64,000 nucleotides of DNA from Eledone cirrhosa (GCA_964016885.1 OZ024741.1:353710001-353774000); one strand, 5' to 3'. Positions 13,735 to 29,733 are shown, counted from the stretch's first letter. Made by a program: numbers and translations. The notes: generated by a model from the sequence alone, not told the origin.

Positions 13735-13882
13735 AACACGCATAGAGTTACGACCCTTGCCATTCTGAGTTCAAATCCCGCCGAGGTTAACTTTGCCTTT
13801 CATCCTTATGGGGTCGATAAAATAAAGTACCAGTAATACACTGGGTAATTGCTGGCCTTGTGCCAAAAGTAGAAACAATTAT
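13735..13882 (+). mobile_element. tRNA-derived SINE (5' truncated)
   Basis: B box and Nin-like core. Confidence 0.9.
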
Positions 13883-14139
13883 TATGAAAAACAAAATATA
13901 TTTAAGCATCAATTTAAGTTATGAAGTTTTAACAAAGTTAGGGAATTAAAATCAATTGAGATTATATAGATTATTCATAACAATTCAGGTGAACATCTGG
14001 TAAAATGAGTCCAGCTATTAGAAAGATGGACGAAAGTTTGTTCGTTTACCGGGTTTATACAAGTCAAACTGAGCTAACAAATATAACATTATTGGGAACA
14101 TTAAAATGTATTTTTGTCAATATTTTCTTTACCGGTGCC

Positions 14140-14860
14140 ATGGCAAAATTCTTCCTCCAACTCACCCTGTCTAGCATTCCCGTCTGAATATCCAGTTTCC
14201 AAGCCGGTGTCATATTTAAGACCATCCTTCAACGTGGCAGTTTGTTTCCCAACTCATCTAAGCGTATTAGGTTTCCAGAAAAGAACTCTGCCAGCAGGTT
14301 CAGTGTGATGTTTCATGTCCCATTAATGGAAGCTTGCTACGTGTGTTCTCCGGGTTATGTTCTGGACTTTTCTCAGCATCCGGCTGAACGTGCCATTAAT
14401 TCTTTTTATAGGTGTTTTTGTCAGTGTCCATGACTCACATTCGTAGAGGATAATGGACTTAACTGTTGCTTTGAATAGCCTCGTTTTTGTGGTTTCAGTA
14501 TCAGAGACACCCACACATTTGATAGGGAGTTGAGAGTCCCCTATGCTCTGCCTATCCTGGTGTCCACATCGTGTTATGTGTTCATAAAACTGCCAAGATA
14601 CAAGAAGTCATCGACTTCCTCATTCTCCGAACCGTCAAGGGAATGACGTAGCGTTGCGATGCATGAATTATGTTTTACCAGTATTCAAGAAGATTCCAAT
14701 GGACCACACTGCAGCCTCCACTCTGTATAGCACTTCCTCGGCTTCTTTGTCGTGTTTTCCATGAAAGCTAAGTCATCTGTGTAAGCCATCCCAGGTAAAA
14801 CTTCCTCCGGATGTTGGGTTCTTTGTCGACTTTTCATCTTTATTGCACCATCTGACGGAA
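14140..14860 (-). pseudogene. Decayed RTE-type RT fragment
   Basis: AYTDDLAF, YLGS, RLFKATVKSIILYECESWTLTK. Confidence 0.75.
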
Positions 14861-14944
14861 TATAGCTGAAAAGTCAACATTTTAAGTTATGAAATTGAAT
14901 TGAAAAAAAAAGGGGAAGAATAGTAAATTTAAACTATTTGGGAT

Positions 14945-15270
14945 ACACGCCATGTTTTCTAGCATAGTTACGTCCCTTTAGAGTCTCAGTTCAAATCCCG
15001 CCGAGATTAACTTTGCCTTTCATCCTTACGGGGTCGATAAAATAAAGTACCAGTAATGCACTGGGATAATTGCTGGCCTTGTGCCTAAAGTAGAAACAAT
15101 TATTATTAATTGGCAGTATCGGTAGAGGGTCGGACGCCATGCTCAGTACAGTCTGAGTTCAAATCCCGCCGAGGTTAACTTTGCCTTTCATCCTTACGGG
15201 GTCGATAAAATAAAGTACCAGTAATGTACTGGGTAATTGCTGGCCTTGTGCCAATAGTAGAAACAATTAT
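14945..15270 (+). mobile_element. Two tandem SINE copies (~14945-15105, ~15108-15270)
   Basis: Two consecutive B-box/core/3' tail units. Confidence 0.9.
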
Positions 15271-16259
15271 TATTAATTATTCGGGTGAAAAATTGTCAGT
15301 TCGGGTAACACGTTTGGTTCCAAACAAGTATTACAACCCGAAAATGAATGTAATGTTCTGAGATCTTTCTAGTACTCGGCCTCCGTCTGTATTGCTCGAG
15401 TGCTAGACTAGCCACTGACATGTGTGTGGGTGAAAGAAAGAGATAGAGAGAGATAGAAAAAGAGAGAGTGTGTGTGTGTGAGTGTTTGTGTGTGTGTGCG
15501 TGCATGTGTGTGGATTTGTGTGTGCGTGCATATATATATATATATGTATATATTTATAAACGAATATATGTATGCATATATATAGCTGTATGTATATTTT
15601 CGTCTTTCTAATAACGGCTACGATTGGAATCGGAATCATGTAGCAGAGTTACTTCTTTTGGAAAATCAATCGAAACTGCAATGAAGACAAGAAAACAGGT
15701 TTCTCCGAGGCCTTTTTTCTTCGTCTTGTTTTATTTATTCATATTTTATTCACTACTATCATTATTATCAGTATTATTAACATTATTATTATCATCATCA
15801 TCATTATCACCACCACGTTTTCCCTTTCCTATTTCTTATACCATGTTATTTGCACGTGTATTCTATTAACTAAACAGAATGAGAAACATCCTAAAACCAA
15901 AACCAAACACAAAACAAAATAGCAGAATAGCTAATTTTAAAATAGTATCAGAGTATTTTTTCACTGATGTTATTTTGTTTTCTATTTCTAATTTCTTGAA
16001 TTTCAATTAATAGAAAGATTGTTTAGAAATCCACACGAAGTAAAACAAAAACATCGGGCTTTTTTAACTAACTAAAAATGTGAGAATTTTAGGTAAAGGG
16101 CACTTAACACTTGATGTAGGCGCAGGAAAACCGTCATGGCACAAAGAGTGTCTTGGTCATTTTAAACCTAGTGCGAACCATGACAGAACAGGTCGAAACA
16201 TCGGCAATTTCTTCCAGAGAGAGAATGAAAGAGATGGGGATATTGATAAAGAGAAATAG

Positions 16260-16420
16260 TGGAAGAACCAACTCCAATACTAGACAGCTACTTTATTTAT
16301 CGGCCATAAACGAATGAAAGGCAAAAATGATTTCGGCAGGATTTGAACTTAGAGAACAGTGAATCGGAACAAATATCAGAGAATCTTTAATCCGATGCAC
16401 TAAAGACTCCGTCAATTTGA
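16260..16420 (-). mobile_element. Diverged SINE
   Basis: GATGAAAGGCAAA...GGATTTGAACT similarity. Confidence 0.6.
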
Positions 16421-16689
16421 CACTATACGAATTTTAGGTACTTTTATTACTAATTGGTAAGGTTGTGAATTTATGTGAAACAATAGAATACCGGACTAAA
16501 TACATGATAGAATATATTTAGTTCCCTTTGTGTTTTAGCTCCGACGGATGTTCTCTGTTCCTTTTAATCTACAAGTGTCTTTTGTGGTTATGAAAACGGA
16601 AAAGGAAGGGAAAGGCAAGGGATCTAGGGTCATGGAAGAATGTGAGTCGGAAGGCGGGGTGATGGACACTACGCCTAGGACACAGCAGT

Positions 16690-16860
16690 GTTGGGTATGC
16701 GCCCGGTGGACAAGACCGCAAAAGCATTCCTGCCGACAATGGCCAGTGACACTCACTGCAACAGCCACCCCCACATCGCGGGGCTCCTTCTTCAGATGGG
16801 TTGCAGACGTTCCGATCTTGCAGAGGAGCTCGGCAGTACGGGGTCCAAGTATAGCATTGT
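16690..16860 (-). pseudogene. CRE-like RLE C-terminal fragment
   Basis: GPRTAELLCKIG ... VSLAIVGRNAFAVL. Confidence 0.6.
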
Positions 16861-18645
16861 GTTAAGGTGAAAAATTCGTATGTTTTAAATATAAAATTTC
16901 TGAAGTGCCATCATAAACAATAGTTAATCGGTTGAAAGAATGATTTAAGCAATAAACATTAAGAGTATGATTAACTACTAAATATAAAGAATAGAAAATT
17001 GAAGTGCGCGGGATTGTGCCGCGTACAAATGACAACAGATGGACAAAGTTATGTACAGCATAGTGATCAGGGGGGAGGTGCAGGTTTACATAAGTGGAGA
17101 AAGCAGAAGATGCTGTGGAAAGACGAGATCAATAATAAAAGTGAGCAGAGCATGTGGCATGAATAAATGACAACATGAAAAGGATCCCTTTCGGTTTTGA
17201 TGATGAGTGTTCCAACTTGCTCATGGCTAAGCATTCAACAGAAATGTGTACACGTAACGTAATTCTCAGGGAGATTGAGTGTGACACAGTGTGTGAATTA
17301 CAGGTATAGGCCATCAGATGAGCTTCCAAGCAATTTCTTTTCATCCAGTTTCACTTATAAGTCATGGGTCCATGCGAGGCTGTGGTAAATTACACATTCC
17401 CAAGGTGACTCGCTATGGGATTGAATATGGGACCTAATGGAGACAAAGTGAACTTCTAAACCATTCGGCTATTCTAGGTTCTAAAATGACAGCAGATCGA
17501 CAAAGATATGTAGAGAATGGAAACCAAGGTGGGAAGTTTTACATAGTCAAAGAGGACAGAGGATGAAATGGGGAAATGAGATCGATAAGTTTATGAACGT
17601 TACATGTTTGAGATTGAGGGAAAGAAACAACTGGAACCGGTTCGAGAAGGCCTTCACCTTGCAATGAGCAGATATTCCTGGGAATAATCATATGCTATGA
17701 GAGAAAAATAATATTAGTTGGTGGATAATATTTTTCAATGAGGAAACGAGGTCCATTAGGAGATAAATCCAGGCATGTTTTAACATATTTGGTATTCACT
17801 ATAAATATGAAATCTCTCTGTAACTTACCGAGACCATAGTGTAGGGATAGAGAATCTAAAAGATAAGCATACAATTCATAAACGTCATCTACATTTTAAC
17901 TAGTAGGTATGTGGATGTCAGCATAATAATTGCTTCGAAAATATTTAACCTATAGTTATATATAATATATGATAAAAATAAAATGGTGGTGGTGGTGGTG
18001 GTGGTGGTGGTGGTGGTGGTGGCAGTGAGGATTATAGGTCTGAGGACAATGCTAGTGGTGGTGTTATTGGTCACTGTCTTGATGGTAGACAACTCCGGTC
18101 GTGTTTTAGCTATACGTCATCAGTGCTTTATCTCTCTAGAATGGTGATTACTCAAACCTACAACCTAACAGAATTTAAGATCAGGTGGATCCTTGCATAC
18201 ATGATGTAATAAGCTTAGAAATCCTAATTAATTAAATTAGAGCTAGAACAAAGTTTTATCTCTAGTAAAACAAAAAGCAGGAGTTCCATAGTTTTACTAT
18301 CCTATTTTGGAATTATTAGATCTCATTGTGGTCTTAAGAAATAAAGGTTTTTTTCTCGAATACAAACTGAATGACAGAATTTCAGATCCTTAGAGCAGAG
18401 AAATCTATATCTAGCCATATCAGCATCTATAGATTGACAATGTCTTTATCTACTTTTAGGTTGATAAACGTTAAACGTCTAACATTTTTGTCGTGAACAT
18501 GTTTCCTCAGAATTAGTGAATGGATTAACATTGGCATGGCGCATTGCAATAACCTTGGCAAATGCGATATTCTGCTATAGAAAATTAACTTAAAAAAGAA
18601 AATCAAGACATTATAGTTTTACTAGATTTGAAGAAAATTGAATCT

Positions 18646-19153
18646 GATTTTTATTTTTATTTTTATTTTTATTTTTATTTTTATTTTTATTTTTATTTTT
18701 ATTTTTATTCTTATTTTTATTTTTATTTTTATTTTTATTTTTATTTTTATTTTTATTTTTATTTTTATTTTTATTTTTATTTTTATTTTTATTTTTATTT
18801 TTAATTTTAATTTTATTTTTATTTTTATTTTTATTTTATTTTTATTTTTATTTTTATTTTTATTTTTTTATTTTATTTTTATTTTTATTTTTATTTTTAT
18901 TTTTATTTTTATTTTTATTTTTATTTTTATTTTTATTTTTATTTTTATTTTTATTTTTATTTTTATTTTTATTTTTATTTTTATTTTTATTTTTTTTATT
19001 TTTATTTTTATTTTTATTTTTATTTTTATTTTTATTTTTATTTTTATTTTTATTTTTATTTTTATTTTTATTTTTATTTTTATTTTTATTTTTATTTTTA
19101 TTTTTATTTTTATTTTTATTTTTATTTTTATTTTTATTTTTATTTTTATTTTT
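18646..19153. repeat. (TTTTTA)n microsatellite
   Basis: Directly visible. Confidence 0.97.
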
Positions 19154-19218
19154 ATAGAATAGATAGATAGATATGTTTCTTTATTAGCCACAGGGGCACA
19201 CAAGAAGGGGACACATAC

Positions 19219-19349
<131 letters not shown>

Positions 19350-19557
19350 CAAAAAAAAAAAAAGATCGTAATTTCTGGAGTTTGTTTTCAAGCACTGTTG
19401 AACAAAGAAAGAGAAGATTGTTGCCAAATGAGGACCGGAAGCCATGATGCAAATAACAAACAGTTAAAGTTTCATTAATTTCATCATTACGCTTTTTTAA
19501 CGAATGTTGCATTTGCAATAGCAATTAATTCTTTCTCTCTCTCTCCTCTCTCTCTCT

Positions 19558-19792
<235 letters not shown>

Positions 19793-20569
19793 TCCAGGTG
19801 TAGCATAATTAACACTATAGATGGACATTCTTGTACGAGCTACCTTCAAAGTTTTCTTGCTTTAGTTTATCGTTGTAATTTCGTCAATTTTTTCTTTATA
19901 ATGAAGTGAAGTTTTTGTTTTTTTTAAATATAAACATGAATAAATATTTTGTTTTTAATTAGTTTGGTTTTAATTAGGCTCGTTAATTCTATCACTAAAA
20001 TTTCATCATTCGAAAACTTTCGTCCTCTCTCCAATATTACCTCGTATTATCAACAGATAATGAAATGACTGGTGATAAAATGTCATTGGGAAGTTAAGAC
20101 AACGTTATATGCTATCAATTTCTTACAATTCAGTGTAAAAGTTAGCACTACTTCACTTTAATCTGGCGTTACACTATTCACTAGTGTTCTTAACCTTCCT
20201 TTGTATATTTTCTGTTGATATTCATCAAATGTACACTTGCTCTTTCATAATTTGGAATTCAATTACTTGTGGAATATTTCGAATTTCCAGCTTGCAAATA
20301 TTCCTGCATTTCTACTTACGTTAAAATATTTCCTCCTTTAATACTCTTGCGAGAGATATAAACGTTACAACTTCAAAGATTTAACCATTACTCAAAAATC
20401 TAGCACTCTGTGTAAAAAAAACTAATGGCACTCAATGCATGATCGAGTAGTAGAAACGCCGTCCTCACAAACGGCGTGTTTTGGGTACTTTAAATCTGGT
20501 GGAACCTACCCTTTTCTATGTTTGAATTTAGCCGGTTTTGTTCAGAGAGAGCTGAGGAGGAGGGGGGGG

Positions 20570-20713
20570 AGAAGAAGAAGAAGAAGAAGAAGAAGAAGAA
20601 GAAGAAGAAGAAGAAGAAGAAGAAGAAGAAGAAGAAGAAGAAGAAGAAGAAGAAGAAGAAGAAGAAGAAGAAGAAGAAGAAGAAGAAGAAGAAGAAGAAG
20701 AAGAAGAAGAAGA
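20570..20713. repeat. (GAA)n microsatellite at the tail of a diverged minus-strand SINE (~20715-20870)
   Basis: Directly visible; the adjacent GGATGAAACGCAAAGTTGACCTC resembles the SINE core. Confidence 0.9.
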
Positions 20714-21354
20714 ACCCCATTAGTACTAAATTGGGAATTTATTTAATGACTTCGAAAGGATGAAACGCAAAGTTGACCTCTGCGGGATTTGACATCAGAG
20801 TGCATAGAGCAGGAACAACTACGGAGACATTTAATCTGATGCGCCTCGAACTACTCTGCGAAATGCCCGCCTTTTGTTACCTAAGGAAATATTATTCTAA
20901 TATTTAGTTATTGACATTTTTCGTATTGGGGTTCACGATCATTTCTTTTCACATTTGTACAATAGAAATCGATTTAGAAGCTACAACTTCATAGATTTAA
21001 AATTGCAAATGGCAATAACTACATAAAAACCTAACATCTAACGCTTTTCCTTTAAAAAATCCATACACAATATGAAAATAAAACTGCTTAATTTTAACTC
21101 TAACAAATTAATTAGTTTCTTGAACAACTGCAATATGGCAGACATTGCATAGGTCCACTAATCGCAAATGTCGTCTGCCAATGTCGTATTTATCAAACTT
21201 ATAATATTAGTCAATGAAATGTCTAAAAAAAAGTCTCCATAACATATTTTTAATACAGCAGCAACAATGATATGCTGTAAATGACTATTGCAAATTTATA
21301 AGATAGAAGAAAAATATTACTTTAATAATAATCATAATAAATATTATTATTATT

Positions 21355-21545
21355 CAATTGACAGGATCGTTAGAGCCTCGGGTAAAATGCTTCGCTCATT
21401 ATGTTCTGAGTTCAAATCCCGCCGAGTTTACCTTCAACCTTACGGAGTCGATAAAATAAAGTACCAGTAATGCACTGAGGTCGATTTAATCGACTTTCCC
21501 TTCCCTAAAATTGTTGGCCTTGTGCCTAAATCAGAAACCATTATT
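21355..21545 (+). mobile_element. tRNA-derived SINE
   Basis: GAGTTCAAATCCCGCC, GTCGATAAAATAAAGTACCAG. Confidence 0.85.
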
Positions 21546-22401
21546 ATTATTACGTAGTAGTAGTAGTAGTATATAGATACATAGACTGATTGATATAAAC
21601 GAACTATTTAGTGTACCACTGAACATTTAATATTGTCACAAGCACCACCACCACCACCATCATCATCTTTATCACCATTGTCTCTGTTGCAATTGCTGTT
21701 AATGTGTTATTGCTAATGCTTTTGCTATTACTATATTACTACTACCTCAAACACCACCATTAACGAAGACAATCACTATTTACACTACTACTTCCACCAC
21801 TACCACCGTCACCGCCACCACCAATACTACTACTACTGCTACTACTACTGCTACTGCTACTACTACTGCTACTACTACTGCTACTGCTACGATGACGATG
21901 AGAACGACGACGACCACCACCACCATCACTACTGCGGTTAATATTAACTGTTTTATTTCTTTTCAAAGATTATTTTGATGATGATGATGATGGTGGCAAC
22001 AACAACGATAACGGTGAGGACCACGCCGATGACGACAATGACAACGATGACAACGACGAAGTCGACGATGAGGAAGGAAAAGATGGCGTATGGTTACTAC
22101 TACTATTATCAAAAGGAAATATTAATGTTTTCTGTTGTTTTTATTTACTTATTTTTGTAGTTATTTGTATTCACCTCGCCATTTTATCTTCTACTATAGT
22201 AACAGCCATTCTATTTTCAGCAATGCCTTACGGGAAATTTAATTAATAACATGAGAATGTTACAGGACGAAATGATTTTCTTACATATCAATAGATTAAA
22301 ACTGCCAAAAATCAGTGAAAACACTTATTTGAAATTTCCGTGATACGTGACAACGCCATTTTATAAGTTTATTTTATCTATCTATTATTTTATTATATAT
22401 T

Positions 22402-22736
<335 letters not shown>

Positions 22737-23901
22737 ATACTGCTGCTGGTGGTGGTGCTCGTGCGGGAGCTTATGCAAATTGTAAGATGGCTGTAGCATA
22801 CACCAACCATTATACATTTCAGAAATGCAAGGATGAAAAGCAAAGTGGATAAGGCGTTGTTTGAAATGAGTTTAAAATGTAATATTTGAAATTGACTAAT
22901 ATCCATTAAGTAGGGATGTATCGATATAGAGAATGTCAGAAGAACAGTCGATGGGTAAAGATGTATTTACGTGAGATATAGGTGGAGCTGAAGTAGTTGA
23001 TTCGACCTTCAAGTGATTCTTTGACATTAAACTTGAAAGCTTACTTCCAAGGGCAGCTGCATTTTTTAATAGCGGAATAGTATTATTTATAATACGAGTA
23101 GTTCCAGGTAGTTGAGAACAAGACAAGTCCTTGAGATTTGTAGTTTTGTCTTATGGAGTCTTGTTCTTTTGTTTTGCTTCTTTTTTTTTTGCGGCGACTT
23201 AATTTTTTTTAAAAAATAAGTTAGATTATAAACTGTTGAAGTATCGACCGTTTGTCATAGAAACTATAGCGGTGAAGACTTCTGGCCTTCTGGAACCTCC
23301 GAAACATTTCTCTACTCACTGCTATGATGCGTGAGCCCCACGAGTGAGAATAGCTATTTCAATGCGACACCCACACTATTATCCGGGGTAATGCTTTCTT
23401 ATTCTGTCACACCTGGGATTACGAAGTGGCATACGCCTGGGGTTTGCACATCGGAGAGCGTTCTCCCACATTTCCCAGACATATATTATTCTAGCAGGGA
23501 TGGTGGGGGTCTGTGTACATATATGTGTGTGAACACACTCACAAACACATAATAATTTTTTTTGCCAGAAGGGACAATAAAAAGGGGACAATACAATAGA
23601 CAGGGACAGTGGGTGTTTTCACTGAAATCGAGTAGAAAGAAATTAATAAACAAAAGAATTGCAACAATGAAAATTCTCCAATATGGAAGAACCACCCAGG
23701 GATGACCTAGGAACCCCACAAATCTTAAACCACCCGACGCTCAAAGAGCACTCAGGGAGGGCCCCTTCTCCTCTACAAATCAGCAGCCTACAGGTGCATA
23801 TTCAGAGTAGGCCCAGGCAAAGAGATTCAAGTGTTAGTTTTCTTTCCTCTTCACATAAAAGAATGTGATATTGACGTCTATCATTGGTATATTTGACATG
23901 T

Positions 23902-23988
<87 letters not shown>

Positions 23989-24175
23989 AGTAAGAATATT
24001 TTCGAAACAGCGAGTGGGTTTGAAATTATTAGAAATGTAAGCTATATATAAAAGATGACTATTGACGTCAATACTCATCTTTTTCCATTTCTCCGAGGGT
24101 TATTAACCCCACTATCAGGCTAAATAATTTCTTTAATTTCTTTAGTCAAAATACGGCGATAGCTTACATTTCTAA

Positions 24176-24204
<29 letters not shown>

Positions 24205-24212
<8 letters not shown>

Positions 24213-24412
24213 GTGAGTTTTTTTTTACAAAATGAAAAATAACCGAGGTGTCCTACACGAGTGGAAGTATAAAGAAAAAGGGATGAAATCGAAAATGCAA
24301 CTGAAGTGTTATTTTTTTTAAAAATATATATATTTATTTGGTTCCTTTACCGGTTTCGCAGTTCTTCTGCTTTTCAAAAGGTGAGTTTGAGATGGAGGGT
24401 CTGTGGTTTTTC
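24205..24412 (-). mobile_element. Solo terminal fragment of the Neptune-like PLE with U3-A8 hammerhead (24344-24381)
   Basis: Near-identical to ~49672-49878; preceded by (TA)n. Confidence 0.9.
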
Positions 24413-25066
24413 ATGTATGTATTTTACTATCTTTGGTAATATGATGCAATATTTACTTTGAGACTGTAGTGCAATTTGAAAGAGTTTGAATATATTTTTT
24501 CTGTAATATTTTATATAACAGTATTCAGAATTATATTTAGTCGAAGCACAATTAATAACATGCAAACATATAACTATATAGATAAAGATATCTTATACAA
24601 ATATGAAAATATAGGTGTAACGATATGAATAAGATTATGTTTGTGGGTATGTAGATAGATGCAGACATATTGGATAGCTAGATATAAAATATATGTGGAT
24701 ACATTTATAAAGAAATAAAAGTAAAAGAACAAATACATATGTGTGCGGGTATGTACAAATAAATGAAAAGGACAATCAACACATGTTATGGAAATTGAAA
24801 CTATTTGTATTAACAGTTTGCCTTATTTGTGCATTACTTGTTGTTTCGTGGACGTAAACTCTTCTAACATTTCAAGATACGTTCTAAATAAGTATCAAAA
24901 CATAAACATCTGGTTGTAAAGCCAGTTTAACGGGCCACCATTGACACTTTTAATTAAAGTCTGTGTGTTGAATGATCAGTGACGTCGCTTTTCTTCGGTT
25001 GCTCACCATAAGGAAAGTTAGTGCCGACCTAGCGACATTATATATATTATTAAAAGTAGAAACAAT

Positions 25067-25097
<31 letters not shown>

Positions 25098-25482
25098 TTA
25101 TGTATGTATGTATGTATGTATGTATGTGGCGCGAGAGACTCCTAGTCTTCATTAAGACGTCTCTCTAGAAGGTCACTCCAATATAAAGTCTGCGTCTTCG
25201 TTTGCATCCAATAATGTAGACCAGTTCTTCTTTTGGGACAAATGCACTCGATATTCAGAGAGTGGGACTGGCCCTGTGCAAAACCTTCCCTCACTTAAAA
25301 AAGCTTCAAGCACAGACATCGTTTGATATGAGACATTTTATGCGATGCATGGTATTATTGGCCACAGACAAATCCCTAGCAGGACTAAAAAGCCACGTCC
25401 GTGATGCTCGTGCTTAAGTATCAAGTGATGGCGTTACTCGAACTCGAGCTGCAGACATCATCATCGTCGTTCACATGTCATG

Positions 25483-25583
<101 letters not shown>

Positions 25584-25676
25584 AATGGTAGCTATGGTGC
25601 TTCCATGTTCTTACAGAGCAGAGTGTGATATAATACAAAACGAAAAATCAGTGATGCATCTAGACTCAGTTTATTG

Positions 25677-25766
25677 TGTGTTATAATTGTTTCGCCGGCA
25701 GATAGCTCGAGACACGATCATTGTATGGATCTGTCTGATTCTAGAACTGTGGGTTCTTCGGACACA
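25677..25766 (-). ncRNA. Hammerhead with C4 core and long helix II insertion
   Basis: TGTGT CCGAAGA ACC...GGC GAA ACAATTAT A ACACA. Confidence 0.6.
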
Positions 25767-25804
25767 TGCAATGCTTTCGTAGCAAATTTTAATATATATA
25801 TATA

Positions 25805-26073
25805 TTAATACAAGCATGCATACGTACATACATATATGTATACAGACGTACAGTAGTATGTATATACATACATACATGGACACTTATATATATTTACGTA
25901 TGGGTTTACCGAACATTTATTATAATGTTCGGTTTGTTTGTAAACAAACAGCCCGAATTAAGCCGTACAGTGTTCGGCAACCATCGTTGCCCTTTTGTTC
26001 AACACTGACAAAGGAACGATGTACTAGTTTCAGCCGTACTAAGAGTGAGAAATGAAATTTCATTTTTTCCATT
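25805..26073. repeat. Truncated, rearranged copy of the 430-470 bp HHR unit
   Basis: Homologous to 31901-32838; breaks at GTACTAGTTTC (inside the HHR) and continues in inverted orientation. Confidence 0.8.
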
Positions 26074-26170
<97 letters not shown>

Positions 26171-26254
26171 AAAGGTAAACAGAAATAACAACACAATCGG
26201 TACAGTATATGGAAGGGATATATTAGGTTAACGCTTAATATAGAAGGAAGAGGG

Positions 26255-26290
26255 TCTTAACGTTTCGGACGCTAGTCCTTCATCAGAAGA
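26255..26290 (-). ncRNA. Minimal hammerhead (CUGAUGAA type)
   Basis: TCTT CTGATGA A GGAC-TAGC-GTCC GAA ACGT T AAGA. Confidence 0.8.
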
Positions 26291-26359
26291 AAGAATGAGA
26301 AATAAGATAGATTGAGGGGATGGGCGGGATGGAATTGGAAAAAATGACAGGGCCATTCA

Positions 26360-26496
26360 TATCTTCTTGTGACGCTAAACCCCGCCAGTTGCAGACTGCA
26401 CATTAACATGTGATATCTCTCTCCACAAATTTCGATCACCAGCAGCAGAGTTCAAAGAGCAAAGATCAAGTCCAGTCGATAAGTTGACATTATCAA

Positions 26497-26500
<4 letters not shown>
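26360..26500 (-). pseudogene. RTE 3' fragment
   Basis: WLDNVNLSTGL..AAGDRNLWR. Confidence 0.6.
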
Positions 26501-26591
<91 letters not shown>

Positions 26592-27314
26592 ATGTGGGTG
26601 TGTGTGTCACACAAACAGAACACGAATTACTCACAAACTTGCAAATATTACTCACACATTAAACAAAACGGGTGTGTGTGTATATGTGTGTTTGTGTGTG
26701 TGTGTGTCTATATGTGTGTGTGTCTATGTATGTGTCTGTAAGTGTGTGTGCGTGTGTGTGTGTGTGTGTATATATGTGTGTGCATGTGTGTGTATATATG
26801 TGTGTGTGTGTGTGTGTCTATGTGTGTGTGTGTGTGTGTATACGTGTGTGTTCAAAAAGTATGTCTTCCATTTTTTTTTAATATAAAACGTCTACGAAAT
26901 CATACAACTGTATCCATGGCTGATATCAAATTAAATATAGTTGAGCTAAGTGTACTATTACTATCTCGCAAACTCATATCAAGCAAATGTTCGAGCTGCA
27001 AATCAATTGGTTATTAATAACAAAATCTTTACTTTTCAAAACCCCATATTTTTTAATATAATATTTTTAATTATTTTTTAGCTATGGAGTAATGATATGA
27101 AAGAAAATATCGATTGCTTTCTTAGGTAACCAGACCCTGATTTCTTACTTGTATCTGTGTCTGAAACGATGCCATCTGGATAAAGAACCAAACTATTGAT
27201 AGATAATACAAATCGCTTAGTCGCTTGTACCCCTACTTTTTCTATTCTTTCTATCTCTATTTTTGTCCTTTCAGCTTCTCTGTCTATATGTCACTCTCTC
27301 TCTCTCTCTCTCTC

Positions 27315-27358
<44 letters not shown>

Positions 27359-27484
27359 CTACAGGATTAGAACTGTTTAATTCGAAGGAAATCATCGGAA
27401 AAATATTTATACTCTGCTATGTATTTAGTACCTTACTTACTGTGGTTACTCCCGATTGAACACGGGATATATATATACACACAA

Positions 27485-27688
<204 letters not shown>

Positions 27689-27889
27689 TTCCACAGTGTC
27701 TATTTTACCACCTGTTTTTGTATCCCTTAACGTTAAAGGCATAATAATCAAATTCGGGACGGAATGTTATATGACGTTGAATGTTGTAGAGCTAATAAAA
27801 TTTCGAAAATTAAATACCAATCCCTACTTTTAATTAATTAACTGTAATTACATCTTTAGTGTCAATATGAAAAGTATAAAAATCTAGCA

Positions 27890-29733
27890 TACATTAGTTA
27901 TAACTCAAACCACCCTCGCTCCACAATTAACTCCATACCACTTAGTATATCCCTCAGAATTTCACGCTTATCTTCTAACCTAGAGATTTTTAATGAACAC
28001 GCGAACTACTACAACGCAGCTTTACTTAAGGCAGGCCACAAGAAGAGGCTCACATACATATCAGATGCAAACTACAACAACACCACTCACACCTATAGAA
28101 CTAGAAAATATAGGACTAAACATAGAAATAGACAACGAGCACCAGAAATAACTGAACCGAATACTAATATAAGGACCCCTAGGAACTATAAAAAATCCAG
28201 AGATAGGAAATACTTATGGTTCAATCCAATACTTAACTCCTCTATAAAAACCAAACTACCTTCTACATTCTTTAAACTAATTGACAAGCACTTCCCTAAA
28301 CTTCACAGATACCATAAAATCTTTAATAGAAAAACTATCAAACTGTCTTACTCTACTGCAGCCAACACAGAATCACACATACATAAAATTAACTATAGAA
28401 GAATCTCTAATGAAAATAATCTACAAACAAACACCATAACACCAAATACAAAACACAAACACATAACAACATCACAACCACACACACGTCAGAACGCATC
28501 ACAACAAAACATCAACAAACCCAAATCTTAGACCATACATAACAACATACAAAACCGCATCGGAGAACCTGCACACAGGAAGGCCTCCAAATGTAACTGT
28601 CACTTACTGCATAAGTGCCCACTACAAAATAGATGCCTGGAGTCAAATATAGTGTACCTGTGTACTATAAATTCGGGCAACTTAGCATGGCACTACATAG
28701 GCTCTACGGCTGGGGAGTTCAAAAAAAGATGGTACGTTCACAGACATTCTATAAAGAACCGTAGACTAGTGAATACAACAACGCGAGCCAATAAAATTTG
28801 GCAGCTTAAAGATACAAACCAAGAATACAGGATTAGCTGGTCGAAATTATCGGGAGCAAAAGCCTACAGTAATGGAATGTCCCACTGCGGACTTTGCAAT
28901 ATGAAGTTGTTCCATATTTTAAAGTATGACAAAATGCTGCTTAACAGCAAAATAGAACGATCAATTTTCTGTAGGCATAAAGCACCTACTAAATTCAAAC
29001 CAACATGATTCGATCCAACAATCCCATAATTCAAGCTGAACCACTTAGAGTCTATTATAATAACTCACTATTATTAACTGTCAGTAGACTAATCACTAAA
29101 TCAACATCATAATCTCCTAACCTCTATTTCTTTCACTCTCTTTCCCTAAAACTATTTCACCTCTTCCATTATAGCCTATCATGCTCTCTTCACCTTTCAC
29201 ATAACTTCCAATTATTAATTTATCCTTTATTTATCATTGTATTATTTCTTCCTAATATAACCCTTTGTAATTTAACCAATACATATGCATATATTTAATA
29301 TTTTAATCACATCTTTATACATACACACCACTATAACTTTAACCACCACCACCACAACTATTTTCAACAATCATATTATGTTCATTTTTTTCACATGTAT
29401 ATATTTTTTCCTTATTTTTTACCATCTTCATTCTAACTTATTTATTATTTTCTTTTTTTTTCTCTCTCTCTCTCTTCTTTTTTTCTTTTCTCTTTTTTCT
29501 TTTTTTTTTCTTTATTACTGATGTTGTTATTTGAATTCTCCTAGTATATTACAAACGCCGTGTATAATTTTTATCAGTTATTCCGAGGATTTGATTAGGC
29601 ATGCATGTATTTAAAATTGAATGTCACAACTTCAAGTGATTAGCAAATTTTAGACACCCTAATCAATGAAACAATTGTTAATACTGTAAATAAATCCCTT
29701 TTTGTACTGTTGACCATGTTATTCTTCACTCTT

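Noticed and set aside
24024-24180. 22 bp inverted repeat AATTATTAGAAATGTAAGCTAT
   Set aside because: It could be a MITE or a short pLTR inversion, but with a single copy it cannot be classified.
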